From Octopus sinensis (taxonomy: Eukaryota), in the NCBI RefSeq assembly GCF_006345805.1, contig NW_021823884.1, positions 1-22,232 on the forward strand: DNA of 22,232 bases, given 5' to 3'. Positions 1-12,223 of the stretch are shown here, piece by piece. The notes below the pieces were generated by a model. It did no database searches, was not told the origin of the DNA, and saw nothing but the letters and a program-made list of their open reading frames with translations. Each line of letters opens with the position of its first letter. Positions within the stretch are counted from its first letter, which is position 1. The position numbers and the translations under genes are program-made.

Positions 1-221
1 GGGCCATTCAGCATGGTCTGAAGCTTTCTATTTCCTTTCTTTTTCCCTTCTCCGATACTACAATGCTTCAAGCGAATTACAACACTCTTATACATAGGTT
101 TATTTATTTATTTACACACATATACGTATGTTTTTATTTATTACACATATTCAGTTACACACACACACGCACACATAGGGCTGAGGACTTCAGCAGTTTC
201 GTAAACCAAACTTCAACTGTT

Positions 222-265
222 TCAATGACGTCATTGATTACTTTCTACATGTTGCCTTGAGTCAA
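222..265. promoter_or_regulatory. Full CRE (TGACGTCA, 226-233) inside a 16-bp perfect palindrome, plus an AP-1 site (TGAGTCA, 258-264)
   Basis: TCAATGACGTCATTGA (222-237) is its own reverse complement; TTGAGTCAA at 257-265. Motif match only, function not shown. Confidence 0.4.
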
Positions 266-378
266 CTTGACTTCCACCAAACCGATATGTATGAACATAT
301 ATATGTACCTCAGTATGTGTACGTATATGTGATATGTGTGTATTTGTATATTTATTAGTGTGTATGCATGTGGTATAG

Positions 379-418
<40 letters not shown>

Positions 419-442
419 GTATATATACATATATACATATAC

Positions 443-474
<32 letters not shown>

Positions 475-551
475 ATGTATATATATATTATATTATTATA
501 TTATATTATATTATATTATATTACATTAATCTCATTTTCTTTTCGCTATAG

Positions 552-745
552 CCGACAAACAATCTTATTAATTCTGGATACTAAAGGTTGCACAGAACTC
601 AGCTATCTACCCGGAGATCATTTAGGGATCTATCCACCCAATGACCCGAAACTGGTGGACATTGTACTTTCCAGGCTACACAATGCCCCACCCATTGATC
701 AGCTCGTAAAGCTGGAGATGTTGCAAGAGCGATCGCCTGCTCTAG
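552..745 (+). CDS. NOS: Nitric oxide synthase internal exon A (reductase FAD/connecting domain), 194 bp
   Basis: Acceptor ttttcttttcgctatag ends at 551; donor gtaagt starts at 746. Translation (S)RQTILLILDTKGCTELSYLPGDHLGIYPPNDPKLVDIVLSRLHNAPPIDQLVKLEMLQERSPAL(G) is recognisably homologous to vertebrate nNOS RSTIFVRLHTNG..ELQYQPGDHLGVFPGN..LEERNTALG. Phase 2 in, phase 1 out. Confidence 0.96.
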
Positions 746-1956
746 GTAAGTAAAACAACGTAATAATAATGTAGATAATTGTTTCAGATACAGGTACAGG
801 ACCCTAAAGCGAGAATTTTCTACACGGCAAATCACAGTGGGAAAGGCCTGGTTCGAGTGCCTTCTATGTAATTTGTCCCAGCCTGAGGGCCGTTGAGCAC
901 TTTGTGTTGCGTTCTGAATTTCTTTTAGGAAGCTATGAATTCCAAAGTGAATTCGGGATCGTCGTGCTTGGTATCTGGTGCTGACGATGAGAAAGGAGCT
1001 TGAAATGCATTAAGTGGTCCACAGAGAGCGCTCTGAGATGTCTGTTAGTGTTTTAAAGCCGGTTGCCTAAGTGGCTGAAACAAGTAGACCTAAAAAAGAT
1101 ATGTACGTATGAAAATGGCAAGTGTGCGTGCTGTAGGTGTTTATATATAAAATATGAATAGAAAAAAATCTCAAAAGGAAATATTTACAGACAAAACAAA
1201 TCGAATAATCATTACCAAGGACGTAGTGGTTTAGCCTGAGATGAACCCGGAACTCATAGGTTTATGACAACAGACACTCCAGTCATAAACGTTTCGTCTT
1301 TGTAGGACCATATCATATTACATTGTCTTATACGACTTTCCTACGTTTCAAGATAATAAAGTTTGGCTGGTTGTTATCTCTATCAATGCATTTAGGAAAT
1401 GTATTTTAATTTAGAATAAATTTTGACCGCCACCTACTTGGTACTAAGGTTATGAAGGAAAGCATCTTTTGTTCATCATCCTTTATGAATCTTATGAAGG
1501 ACTGGCAGATTTTATAAACCCAGATATCGTGAATCAAGTTCAGCCACAATTTGCTCCAGACGAGTTGGTACGTATGCTGTTGTTCTGATACTAATGGCTA
1601 TGAAGATGAAAGTGTATCTTGGGAAATGGATGTGTGAATTCTTTATCATTGTTCCATAGATGTCCCCGCCCTGTCTCCTTCTCTCTCTTTTATTTTTCTA
1701 ACCAAATTGGTGTTCAGAGGGCAGCTGTTTTCCACATCAGAAAAAATTCTTCTCCGCGCGGTCCTACACAAACGTATCTGGCCAGTTGTGTTTTAACATG
1801 GTGGTTGTTTCAATTTTTAAGATCTGCCAATATTCTTTTGACCCATTTCTTTCAATGTAGCGAACACAGTGTGTACGTATGTATAATAAATAGATTATAT
1901 ATATATATTCATTTACGTATATTAATATGTAAGTATATATATATATATATATATAG

Positions 1957-1989
<33 letters not shown>

Positions 1990-2194
1990 TCATTTACGTA
2001 TTAATACGTAAGTATGTATCATTATATATGCATGGCTATGCGCGCGCGTGACAACACGTGAATCAATTATGATCGCAATACATTTATGGAACCATATATA
2101 TCTATATATAATATAATACAATATATAGATATATATATATATACGATATATAATATATATATATATAATACATATATATGTATATGTATCTGTA

Positions 2195-2238
<44 letters not shown>

Positions 2239-2329
2239 AATATATGTATATGTATCTGTATCTCTCTCTCTCTCTCTCTCTCTCTTATATATATATATAT
2301 ATATATAATATATATGTATCTGTATCTCT

Positions 2330-2371
<42 letters not shown>

Positions 2372-2455
2372 TATGTATATGTATCTCTCTCTCTCTCTCC
2401 TCTCTCTATATAATATATATATATATATAATATAAAATATATGTATATGTATATG

Positions 2456-2522
<67 letters not shown>

Positions 2523-2764
2523 AGTATGTAAATCTATGTGTACATATGTATATGAGTGTGTTTATTGTTTAATAAAAGCCATTCTTTTTCGTCTCGCTGT
2601 TTGAACATTGATATTAATGCGCGCACGCTCGCCCACTCACACACACACCTCTGCATACACCTGTGTGTGTGTGTGTGTGTGCGTGTGTGTGTGTGTATGA
2701 TGTAGGTGTGGAAAGAGTAATTTTGTGAGCGTAACAAGGAGGGAAGCAACAACAGCAACAGTGA

Positions 2765-2948
2765 GGCGCAATGGCCCAGTGGTTTGGACAGCAGACTCGC
2801 GGTCGTAGAAACGCGGTTTCGATTCCCAGACCGGACATTGTGAGTGTTTATTGAGCCAAAATATCTAAGACTCCACAAGGCTCCGGCGGTAGGGGGGGTT
2901 GACCCCGCTGTACTCTTTCACCACAACTTTCTCTCACTCTTTCTTCCT
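2765..2948 (+). mobile_element. tRNA-derived SINE (copy in duplication unit 1)
   Basis: A box TGGCCCAGTGG (2772-2782) and B box GGTTTCGATTCCC (2815-2827) at tRNA spacing, followed by a non-tRNA body. 3' boundary approximate. Confidence 0.75.
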
Positions 2949-3124
2949 ACATCTGCTACTAGAAGCAGTGGAAGATGCCGGAGGCAGATTTCCGCCCCGA
3001 CATCCGAAATTCGGAGTTTTATTATAGGCAACCGAATAATTGTCACATATTATATTTATAGATATATTCCTCTGTTTACATAATATCGAGGTCTCAGTCA
3101 TTCTTTTGTAGTCATACTAATTCT

Positions 3125-3344
3125 TATTTAATTATTGCCCACAAGGGGCTAAACATAGAGGGGACAAACACACATACACACAGATGACGGGCTTTCGCAC
3201 AGTTTCTTTTAACCAAAATCACTAACAAAGCATTGGTTGGTCCGGGGCTATATTTGAAGGTACTTTTTGCCAAGGGGCATCTCAGAGGGATTGAACCTGA
3301 AACCACATGGTTGGAGAGCGAGCTTCTAAACCACACAGCTATGC
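3125..3344 (-). mobile_element. Degenerate tRNA-derived SINE related to 17941-18348
   Basis: Minus strand reads gcatagctgtgtggtttagaagctcgctctccaaccatgtggtttcaggttcaatccc.., matching the head at 17724. Confidence 0.75.
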
Positions 3345-3669
3345 GAACACTTCTCTTATTGTACGATGCCCGCAAGGCACACCGAGCTGATTATAAGGCG
3401 GATACGACGCTAAGCTACGTATTATGTTGGGGGTTAATAGTTCCCACTGCTTTGGCTGCCTTCCCAGGAGCTTCGGAAGAAATAGCAACAGGAAATATAC
3501 AGAAAGACAATGAAAGTCAGAATCGAAATAATTGGAGAACGACAAAAACATACGTTAATAGCGACACAGTGCGTATGTTTGTATGTATAACCACACATTT
3601 AACAGCGTTACAATGATATAAATGTGTGTGTATGTGCGTGTATGTGCATGGGTGTATCATATATATATC

Positions 3670-3728
<59 letters not shown>

Positions 3729-3810
3729 TTACATAAATGCACATAAATATATATATATATATATATTCATTTACGTATTAATATGTAAGTATATATATAT
3801 ATATATATAT

Positions 3811-3845
<35 letters not shown>

Positions 3846-3986
3846 TTTACGTATTAATACGTAAGTATGTATCATTATATATGCATGGCTATGCGCGCGC
3901 GTGACAACACGTGAAATCAATTATGATCGCAATACTATTTATGGAACCAAATAGATATATATATATATATATATACATATTATATA

Positions 3987-4026
<40 letters not shown>

Positions 4027-4049
4027 CATCATATGTATATGTATCTGTA

Positions 4050-4091
<42 letters not shown>

Positions 4092-4114
4092 AAAATATAT
4101 GTATATGTATCTGT

Positions 4115-4163
<49 letters not shown>

Positions 4164-4238
4164 AATATATGTATCTGTATCTCTCTCCTCTCTCTCTCTT
4201 ATATATATATATATATATATATAATATATGTATATGTA

Positions 4239-4288
<50 letters not shown>

Positions 4289-4314
4289 AATATATGTATA
4301 TGTATATGTATATG

Positions 4315-4376
<62 letters not shown>

Positions 4377-4615
4377 AGTATGTAAATCTATGTGTACATA
4401 TGTATATGAGTGTGTTTATTGTTTAATAAAAGCCATTCTTTTTCGTCTCGCTGTTTGAACATTGATATTAATGCGCGCACGCTCGCCCACTCACCACACA
4501 CCTCGGCATACACCTGTTGGTGTGTGTGTGTGCGTGTGTGTGTGTGTATGATGTAGGTGTGGAAAGAGTAATTTTGTGAGCGTAACAAGGAGGGAAGCAA
4601 CAACAGCAACAGTGA

Positions 4616-4797
4616 GGCGCAATGGCCCAGTGGTTTGGACAGCAGACTCGCGGTCGTAGAAACGCGGTTTCGATTCCCAGACCGGACATTGTGAGTGTTT
4701 ATTGAGCCAAAATATCTAAGCTCCACAAGGCTCCGGCGGTAGGGGGGGTTGACCCCGCTGTACTCTTTCACCACAACTTTCTCTCACTCTTTCTTCC
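4616..4797 (+). mobile_element. tRNA-derived SINE (copy in duplication unit 2)
   Basis: Near-identical to 2765-2948. Confidence 0.75.
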
Positions 4798-4973
4798 TAC
4801 ATCTGCTAGAAAGCAGTTGCGAAGATGCCGGAGGCAGATTTCCGCCCCGACATCCGAAATTCGGAGTTTTATTATAGCAACCGAATAATTGTCACATATT
4901 ATATTTATAGATATATTCCTCTGTTTACATAATATCGAGGTCTCAGTCATTCTTTTGTAGTCATACTAATTCT

Positions 4974-5190
4974 TATTTAATTATTGCCCACAAGGGCTAA
5001 ACATAGAGGGGACAACACACATACACACAGATGACGGGCTTTCGCACAGTTTCTTTTAACCAAAATCACTAACAAAGCATTGGTTGGTCCGGGCTATATT
5101 TGAAGGTACTTTTTGCCAAGGGGCATCTCAGAGGGATTGAACCTGAAACCACATGGTTGGAGAGCGAGCTTCTAAACCACACAGCTATGC
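4974..5190 (-). mobile_element. Duplicate of the SINE at 3125-3344
   Basis: Part of duplication unit 2. Confidence 0.75.
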
Positions 5191-5462
5191 GAACACTTCT
5201 CTTATTGTACGATGCCCGCAAGGCACACCGAGCTGATTATAAGGCGGATACGACGCTAAGCTACGTATTATGTTGGGGGTTAATAGTTCCCACTGCTTTG
5301 GCTGCCTTCCCAGGAGCTTCGGAAGAAATAGCAACAGGAAATATACAGAAAGACAATGAAAGTCAGAATCGAAATAATTGGAGAACGACAAAAACATACG
5401 TTAATAGCGACACAGTGCGTATGTTTGTATGTATAACCACACATTTAACAGCGTTACAATGA

Positions 5463-5515
5463 TATAAATGTGTGTGTATGTGCGTGTATGTGCATGGGTG
5501 TATCATATATATATC

Positions 5516-5574
<59 letters not shown>

Positions 5575-6190
5575 TTACATAAATGCACATAAATATATAT
5601 ATACGCACACATATACATAATTTATCAGACACATACACATGTGCACGTATATATATTTATATATATTTATATATATACAAGTATGTATATAAATATATAT
5701 GAATATAAGTACGTGCACATAGAGATGTATGTATATATACATGTATATATATATATACATTAAATATATATATAATGTATATACATATATGTATATATAT
5801 ACATTATATATATATATAATGTATATACATGTATGTATATATATACATTATATATATATACATGTATATATATGCATATATAGATGTATACATACATGCA
5901 TATATATACATACATACAGAAACACACACACGTACACTCACACACACACACACGCGCGCACACACATATATATACACACATAGATACGCGCACACAGACA
6001 CAGAGAAACATACATATCTATATATATATATGTCCATACATACATACATACATACATACACATACACCTACACACACACGTACATATATATGTGTGTGCG
6101 TATGTATATATATTATATATACATATATATACATATATGTATATGTACACATATATATACGTATACATACATACACTACACACTACACAC
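5463..6190. repeat. Compound (TA)/(CA)/(TACA) microsatellite tract
   Basis: Directly visible. Confidence 0.9.
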
Positions 6191-6386
6191 TACACCCCAC
6201 CACCCACCGCCATATTAAATCATTAAATCACACGATAATGATGACATTTAACAATGATGACATTACAACAATAGGACAAAAGTGTGGAGTCTCAATTATT
6301 CCACGAAAGAACGTCTTATATTTTTATCTAACCACATATATAGACCGTGGCGGTGGTGGTGAGGGGCCGTCTGTTTCTGTACGCAC

Positions 6387-6448
<62 letters not shown>

Positions 6449-6504
6449 GTATACATGCATATACATCCAACTATACATAGTTATTCATCAGTCTACTTAT
6501 TTAC

Positions 6505-6541
<37 letters not shown>

Positions 6542-6741
6542 TATATATATTATATATATGTATGTACATGTATATTTATCTTTTTGTTTGCCCTTGGTTT
6601 GTTATAGTTTTCGTTTTCCGTTTTGTTTGTGTTCGCTTTTTCCTTCGGTTTCAAATAATAGATTGCTTTCCTTCATATCTCTACTCTAAATGTTCTGAAT
6701 GTAACAGAAAAACACAAAAGCAGAAAACAAGAGGGCATCAC

Positions 6742-6829
<88 letters not shown>

Positions 6830-7181
6830 TACACATATGTATACACAGGCTTACATATACATATAGTTATTATCATAGGTATTATAAATGTATATATATA
6901 TATATATATAAATATATATATGGCCTGTATAAAATTTTGTAAATTTATATACTAATGAGAGAATTGTATCTTGATGTTCCTGAGTAACACCTTTTTCGAA
7001 GAGAGCGAAATACATAAAGCTAGATAGAATGCACACACACACACACACACACACATACACATATATATATATATATATATGTATGAAAACCACGAGTGAA
7101 GTCGAAAGTTAGAAGACAATGTAGGACGAACAAGTATTAACAAATGCTAAATTATCTTAACTCTTAAATCATTAGAAAAGA

Positions 7182-7220
7182 GTCTTTACGTTTCGGATAT
7201 CTGTCCTTCATCAGACAAAA
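7182..7220 (-). ncRNA. Minimal type I hammerhead ribozyme motif (Penelope-like-element type)
   Basis: Minus strand: UUUUGU CUGAUGA A GGA-CAGAUA-UCC GAAA C G U A AAGAC. Core boxes and stem II intact, palindromic ACGU stem III, GUA cleavage triplet; stem I is weak. Confidence 0.7.
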
Positions 7221-7429
7221 AGTGCAGGATGAGTTAGAATGAGTGACAGAGAAAAATATGAGTGAGGTGTTAAAAAGGGAGAAAGGAGCGAGTGTGCACG
7301 TGCATGAATATATATAGCATTGGCATTTAATACAATCTCATTCTGAGTTGTTTAAATAGATGTCACAGAATTATTTCCCTTAGTTCAGTTTAATGTGATT
7401 TATGTAAATTACCTCGGCCATAAATGCTT

Positions 7430-7838
7430 CCTACTTTTTCTTTGTTTCGTAACGGGTTGTGGCTCTGTCGGGGAACCTCTTTGAAAGTGTTTTGTTTAAC
7501 CAAATCTACTCTTACATCTGGTGCTTATTCTATCGGACACCTATTTGTCGAACGGCTACGTTAGGAAGACACAAAAAAAAAACAACCAACAGCAGTTATG
7601 AAGTATTTGCATGTGTGCATACATATAAACATATATAAATATACATTATATATACACACACACACACACACATATATGTAGATATAGATATATTTAGAGA
7701 TACATATGTATGATTATAGATAGAGAAAGAGAGTGAAAGAGAGAAAGATTGACTACATTCTCTCAAGCTGTCACATGGAAGGACTGAACCCGAAACCAGG
7801 ATGTTAGAAAGTGAAGTCCTTAATCACACATCTACGCT
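7430..7838 (-). mobile_element. Old, highly degenerate SINE with an internal microsatellite
   Basis: ctggtgcttattctatcgg..gaacggctacgtta (7520-7565) resembles 18042-18085; ggactgaacccgaaacca..taatcacaca (7781-7830) resembles 18288-18335. Confidence 0.55.
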
Positions 7839-7954
7839 TAGCTCCTGTGTATTAGATGTATAAAATACATTTATCATGACATACCTGTGTGTGTGTGTGT
7901 GTGTGTGCGTGCGTGTGTGTGTGTGTGCGCGCGTGTGTGTGTATGTGTGTGTGT

Positions 7955-8131
7955 GTTTATCTCCTGACAACCGCTTGAGAACCGGTGTTGATTTGTTTAC
8001 GTCCCCTGTAACTCAGCGGCTCGGTAAGATAGACAGATAGAATATACACAAGGGTTCGATATGTTCGACTGAAAACTCTTGAAGGCGGCGCTCCAGCAAG
8101 GCCGCAGCCTGACGACTGAAACAAGTAAAAG
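7955..8131 (+). mobile_element. 3' half of the same SINE family, preceded by (GT)n
   Basis: tttacgtccc..cagcggctcgg..gatagaat..aaggcggcgctccagca..gccgcag..gactgaaacaagtaaaag is reverse-complementary to 17950-18125. Confidence 0.75.
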
Positions 8132-8602
8132 CTAAGAGATACGTGCTTTATGTGCTAGACAAACTTGTTGAGGCGGTGGATCGGTAAAAATTGTAAAACC
8201 ATCCAAAAACAGCAAAAACAACAAGAGAAGAACAAAAGTCGACCGTAGCGTTTAGTTACGGATCCTTTACGTTGTGAGTGATTGCTTATACGAAACATGC
8301 TAGCACAAACAACGACGCGCAATGGAGACAAATATTTCATTATAAGGCTTACTTTAAGAAATCTTTAAACTAATTTCAAAGACGTTCCGAAGCCATTTCG
8401 ACCATAGATTAGGATCCGCAAAGTATTGGCAGTCAGGGACAATAGGTTAATAATTGCAGTGTTTATTCAGGCAATGAAAAGCCACCGTTAACAAGTCACG
8501 AGGATAAACTTTCGAACTATGCAAGATTAATTACTAATGATTGCCTATTGTAAGATACTGATACAGAAGGGTAAATAGCGAACAATGCAGCAGAGGGCGG
8601 AT

Positions 8603-9060
8603 ATACATATACATACGTGCATATATATGTGATGTGGTATATATATATATATGTATATATTATATATATATAATATAATATATATATATATATATAGATA
8701 TATATATATATATATATAATATAGAGAATATATATATATATATATAAAATATTAGTACATATATATATAGATATAATTATATATATAACATAATATACAT
8801 ATATATATGATAATATATTAATATACATATATATATATATATATATATTTAACATATATATATACATATATATATACATATTATATACATATATATATAT
8901 ATATGTGTGTATATATATAGTATAAATAAATATATATATATACATACAAAGTTATTTATATATACATATGGATACTTGTATGAACAATACTTGCATACAT
9001 AGACACACAAATTTATATGTATCTATATATAGCAATATAAGTATATAACTATACTATATC

Positions 9061-9091
<31 letters not shown>

Positions 9092-9283
9092 CTATCTATA
9101 TATATATATATATATATCTATCTATATAATATATATTATATATATATATATATACATATATAACATATATACATATATATATGTACATATTTATATGTAT
9201 ATGTGTATGCGTACATATATATTTATATATATATATGCGCGTATACATATATATGTGTATGTACATATTTATATGTATATGTA

Positions 9284-9315
<32 letters not shown>

Positions 9316-9330
9316 AAAAGAGAGAGGGTG
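8603..9330. repeat. Compound (TA)/(TATC)/(GA) tract
   Basis: Directly visible. Confidence 0.9.
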
Positions 9331-9539
9331 AGAGGTAATAAAAAGCCTATTTCTAAACACGCACACACATATCGTTATAGACATATAGCTGGTGATGTGG
9401 GATTTGCAGTTTTCTATTCTAATTACGTGGCTTCGCGTTCGATCCTGCTTCACGTCTCACTGGGCTAATATACTGCACTGTAAGCATCAGAGTTGGAAAA
9501 TATTTTATGAGTGAAATTTGTTGCTCGGGAGCTGGGTCT

Positions 9540-10234
9540 ATATGTATGCATGTGTGTGTGTGTGTGTATGCGTGTGTGTATGCGTGTGTGTGCGTGTGTA
9601 TGTGTGAGTGGTTGTATGTATGTGTGAGTGCTTGTATGCATGTATGTGTGCGTGAGCACATGTGTGTATGTGTGTGAGTATGTGCGTGTGTATGCGTGTG
9701 CGTATGTGTGTGCGTGTATGTGTGTGTGCGTGTGCGTGTTTTTGCGTGCATATATGCGTGTGTATGTTAGAAAGAATGAGAGAATATAAGAGCAGAAAAT
9801 AAGAAAAATATTCAGCGTAAGAGAAAACTACACACATACATACATATGTACATACATACATACATACATACATGCATATATACATATATACATACATGCA
9901 TACATACATACTACATACACACACACATGAATACATGCATACGTACATGCATGCATACATACATACATACATGCATACATGCATGCATACACACATACAT
10001 ACATACATACACACATACATACACACACACATACATACATACATACATACATACATACATAGATACATACATACATACATACACACATACATACACCCAC
10101 ACATACATACATACATACATACATACATACATACATACATACATAAATACATACATACATACATACATACATACATACATACACACATACATACACACAC
10201 ACATACATACATACACACACAATACATACATACA

Positions 10235-10265
<31 letters not shown>
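9540..10265. repeat. (TG)n-like tract followed by a long (TACA)n tract
   Basis: Directly visible; source of the YVCM/HTYI ORFs. Confidence 0.9.
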
Positions 10266-10392
10266 GCAGACTTTGTGGCGATAACACCGAAGCTAAAGAT
10301 CAGTGAAAAAGAGAACACCTACTCCTTGAATCTAGGTTAGAAACCGGCTCTTTCTCTATTGGCAAGAAATCTTCAAATAAAATTGAATAATG
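10266..10392 (+). mobile_element. Internally deleted RLE-type non-LTR retroelement remnant in (TACA)n
   Basis: Encodes KISEKENTY (cf. KIKEKEDIY at 10418), fused to a 68-bp 3' end that matches 10852-10919 at 64/68. Confidence 0.6.
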
Positions 10393-10412
10393 ACATACAT
10401 AAATACATACAT

Positions 10413-10785
10413 GTTTGAAAATCAAAGAAAAGGAGGATATCTATGGACAACTGCTTCGAAATCTCCAGCTTCTATATCCAGACTATGAATTCATGTTCAT
10501 ACCAATAATAATAATAATTGGGGCTCTAGGTTTTGTTAGTAAATGCTTAAAGGAGAATTTGGATAAACTGGGATTTTCAGAAAGAGAAATCGACCGGTTA
10601 ATTCGTACATTGCAAGTGCAATCTGTGAGTGGAACAGTAAAAATATGCAAGACTTTTCTCAAGTTTCAAATGTGAATTTGTCTGTGTTATCTACATCCCA
10701 AAGATGGAGCCGTGTCTCTTTGATGGATTGGAAACTGGTTCCCTCCTCAGTGGAAGATTTATATTAATTAAAAAAATAGAAGAGA
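10413..10785 (+). mobile_element. 5'-truncated non-LTR retrotransposon: C-terminal restriction-like endonuclease region plus 3' UTR (R4/Dong-like)
   Basis: ORF 10415-10675 KIKEKEDIYGQLLRNLQLLYP..FIPIIIIIGALG..LQVQSVSGTVKICKTFL has the K..EK...Y..L / P.IIGALG / LQ.....GT..I....L signature. Flanked on both sides by (TACA)n. Confidence 0.8.
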
Positions 10786-10810
10786 TATACATACATACAC
10801 ACATACATAC

Positions 10811-10918
10811 AACAATACACTGTTGTTGATGTTGAAATTATAATGAAGGAACCTTGGATCTAGGTTAGAAACCGGTTCTTTCTCTATTGGCAAGAAATCT
10901 TGAAATAAAACTGAATAA

Positions 10919-10919
<1 letters not shown>
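10811..10919 (+). mobile_element. Short 3'-end fragment of a (TACA)n-associated retroelement
   Basis: Ends ..gaaataaaactgaataat followed by (TACA)n; same terminus as 10324-10391. Confidence 0.65.
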
Positions 10920-10949
<30 letters not shown>

Positions 10950-11537
10950 CATACATACATACATACATACATGCATACACACGCGTACATATACAGACTG
11001 ATGGATGGATGCGTAGGTAGACATACAGATCAATAGATCGATTGACAGATAGAATTATTGAATGATACAGACAGACCGACGGACAAACAGATAGATAAAC
11101 TGATAGACGGGCAGTAACTTCGAGAAATATAGTGTTTACAAGATTAAGAGAAAACTCGTGACACTGGAAAACAAGGCAGGCATTTAAAGGAAGAAAAGAG
11201 TTAGAGCTAAGTATACGAATGGAGGGAATGAGCGAATGAGCGAATTAGCGTTCGATAAATCAGCCTCCAGAACTACAGAAGACGTTAAACTCCGTAATTA
11301 AGATGGCCACTTGAAGTGAACGCCATTTTAATGTCCAATGTAATTAATAAACAATTAAACAATATCTATAATCACTTTGGTTCATCGCTAATTATCTTTA
11401 TACTCGATTAACAACCTCTATGACTTTTTACACCATTTTTTCTCTCTGTTGTTTTTGCATTTTAACAATTTTATTGTTTGTTTTTTTTTTCTTCACACGT
11501 TTTGAAAGATTTGATTAATTAGCAACTGTCACAACAT

Positions 11538-11886
11538 TACTACTACTACTACTACTACTACTACACTACTACTACTATACTACTACTACGGTTGGTACTG
11601 TTGATGCAGTTACTATTACTACTGCTACTACTATTACTACTGCTGCTGCAACTATTACTACTACTACTACTATTACTACTGCTGCTGCTACTATTACTAC
11701 TACTACTACTATTACTACTGCTGCTGCTACTATTACTACTATTACTATTACTACTGCTGCTGCTACTATTACTACTACTACTATTACAACTGCTGCTGCT
11801 ACTATTACTACTACTACTATTACTACTACCGTTACTCCTGCTGCTACTATTACTACTACTACTACTGTTGCTGCTGCTGCTGCTGT

Positions 11887-11920
<34 letters not shown>

Positions 11921-12125
11921 GCTACTACTACTACTACTACTACCAGTACTACTACTGCTACTACTACTACTACTACTGCTACTACTACTACTGCTACTGC
12001 TGCTGCTATTTCAAAAGAGAACAGCAACTACCACTAATGCTAATGGGGTCTCTGTTGTTATTGTTGATGTTGTTGTTGTTGCTGTTGTTATCATTATTAT
12101 TGCCGTCGTTGTTGTTGTTGTTGTG
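11538..12125. repeat. Compound trinucleotide tract (TAC/TAT/TGC, then GTT)
   Basis: Directly visible; source of the poly-L/poly-V ORFs. Confidence 0.9.
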
Positions 12126-12223
12126 TCATCTAATCACAAGAACAAGAGCGAAACGAGAAACAATCATTACTTCAGGAACAATCTGGGCCACAGCCACGGC
12201 ATGTACATCGTGGGACAAATAAG

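Larger units (their letters stand above)
1896..5603. repeat. Head-to-tail tandem duplication, unit ~1.85 kb (about 1896-3750 and 3750-5603)
   Basis: Matching landmarks offset by 1846-1851 bp (ggcgcaatggcccagtgg at 2765/4616; ORF stops at 3616/5462). All three boundaries fall in (TA)n. Confidence 0.95.

Noticed and set aside
975-1017. Sense-strand hammerhead-like string CUGACGA-U-GAG..CUU-GAAA-UGCA-UU
   Set aside because: Stem II lacks the G10.1-C11.1 pair and stem I cannot form (UGGUG vs AAGUG); at best a decayed relic.
1283-1322. Minus-strand GUC..GAC-GAAAC-GUU resembling a hammerhead half
   Set aside because: No CUGANGA box upstream of the stem.
2765-2835. Possible tRNA gene (also 4616, 17724, 19152)
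   Set aside because: A/B boxes are present, but I could not fold a complete cloverleaf and the sequence continues into a repeat body: SINE heads.
3233-3616. 127-aa ORF duplicated at 5100-5462
   Set aside because: Begins in the antisense strand of a SINE and has no recognisable domain; the second copy exists only because of the tandem duplication.
9419-10340. YVCM/HTYI repeat ORFs (also at 5729-6426 and 20263-20704)
   Set aside because: Products of (TACA)n/(TG)n/(TA)n repeats.
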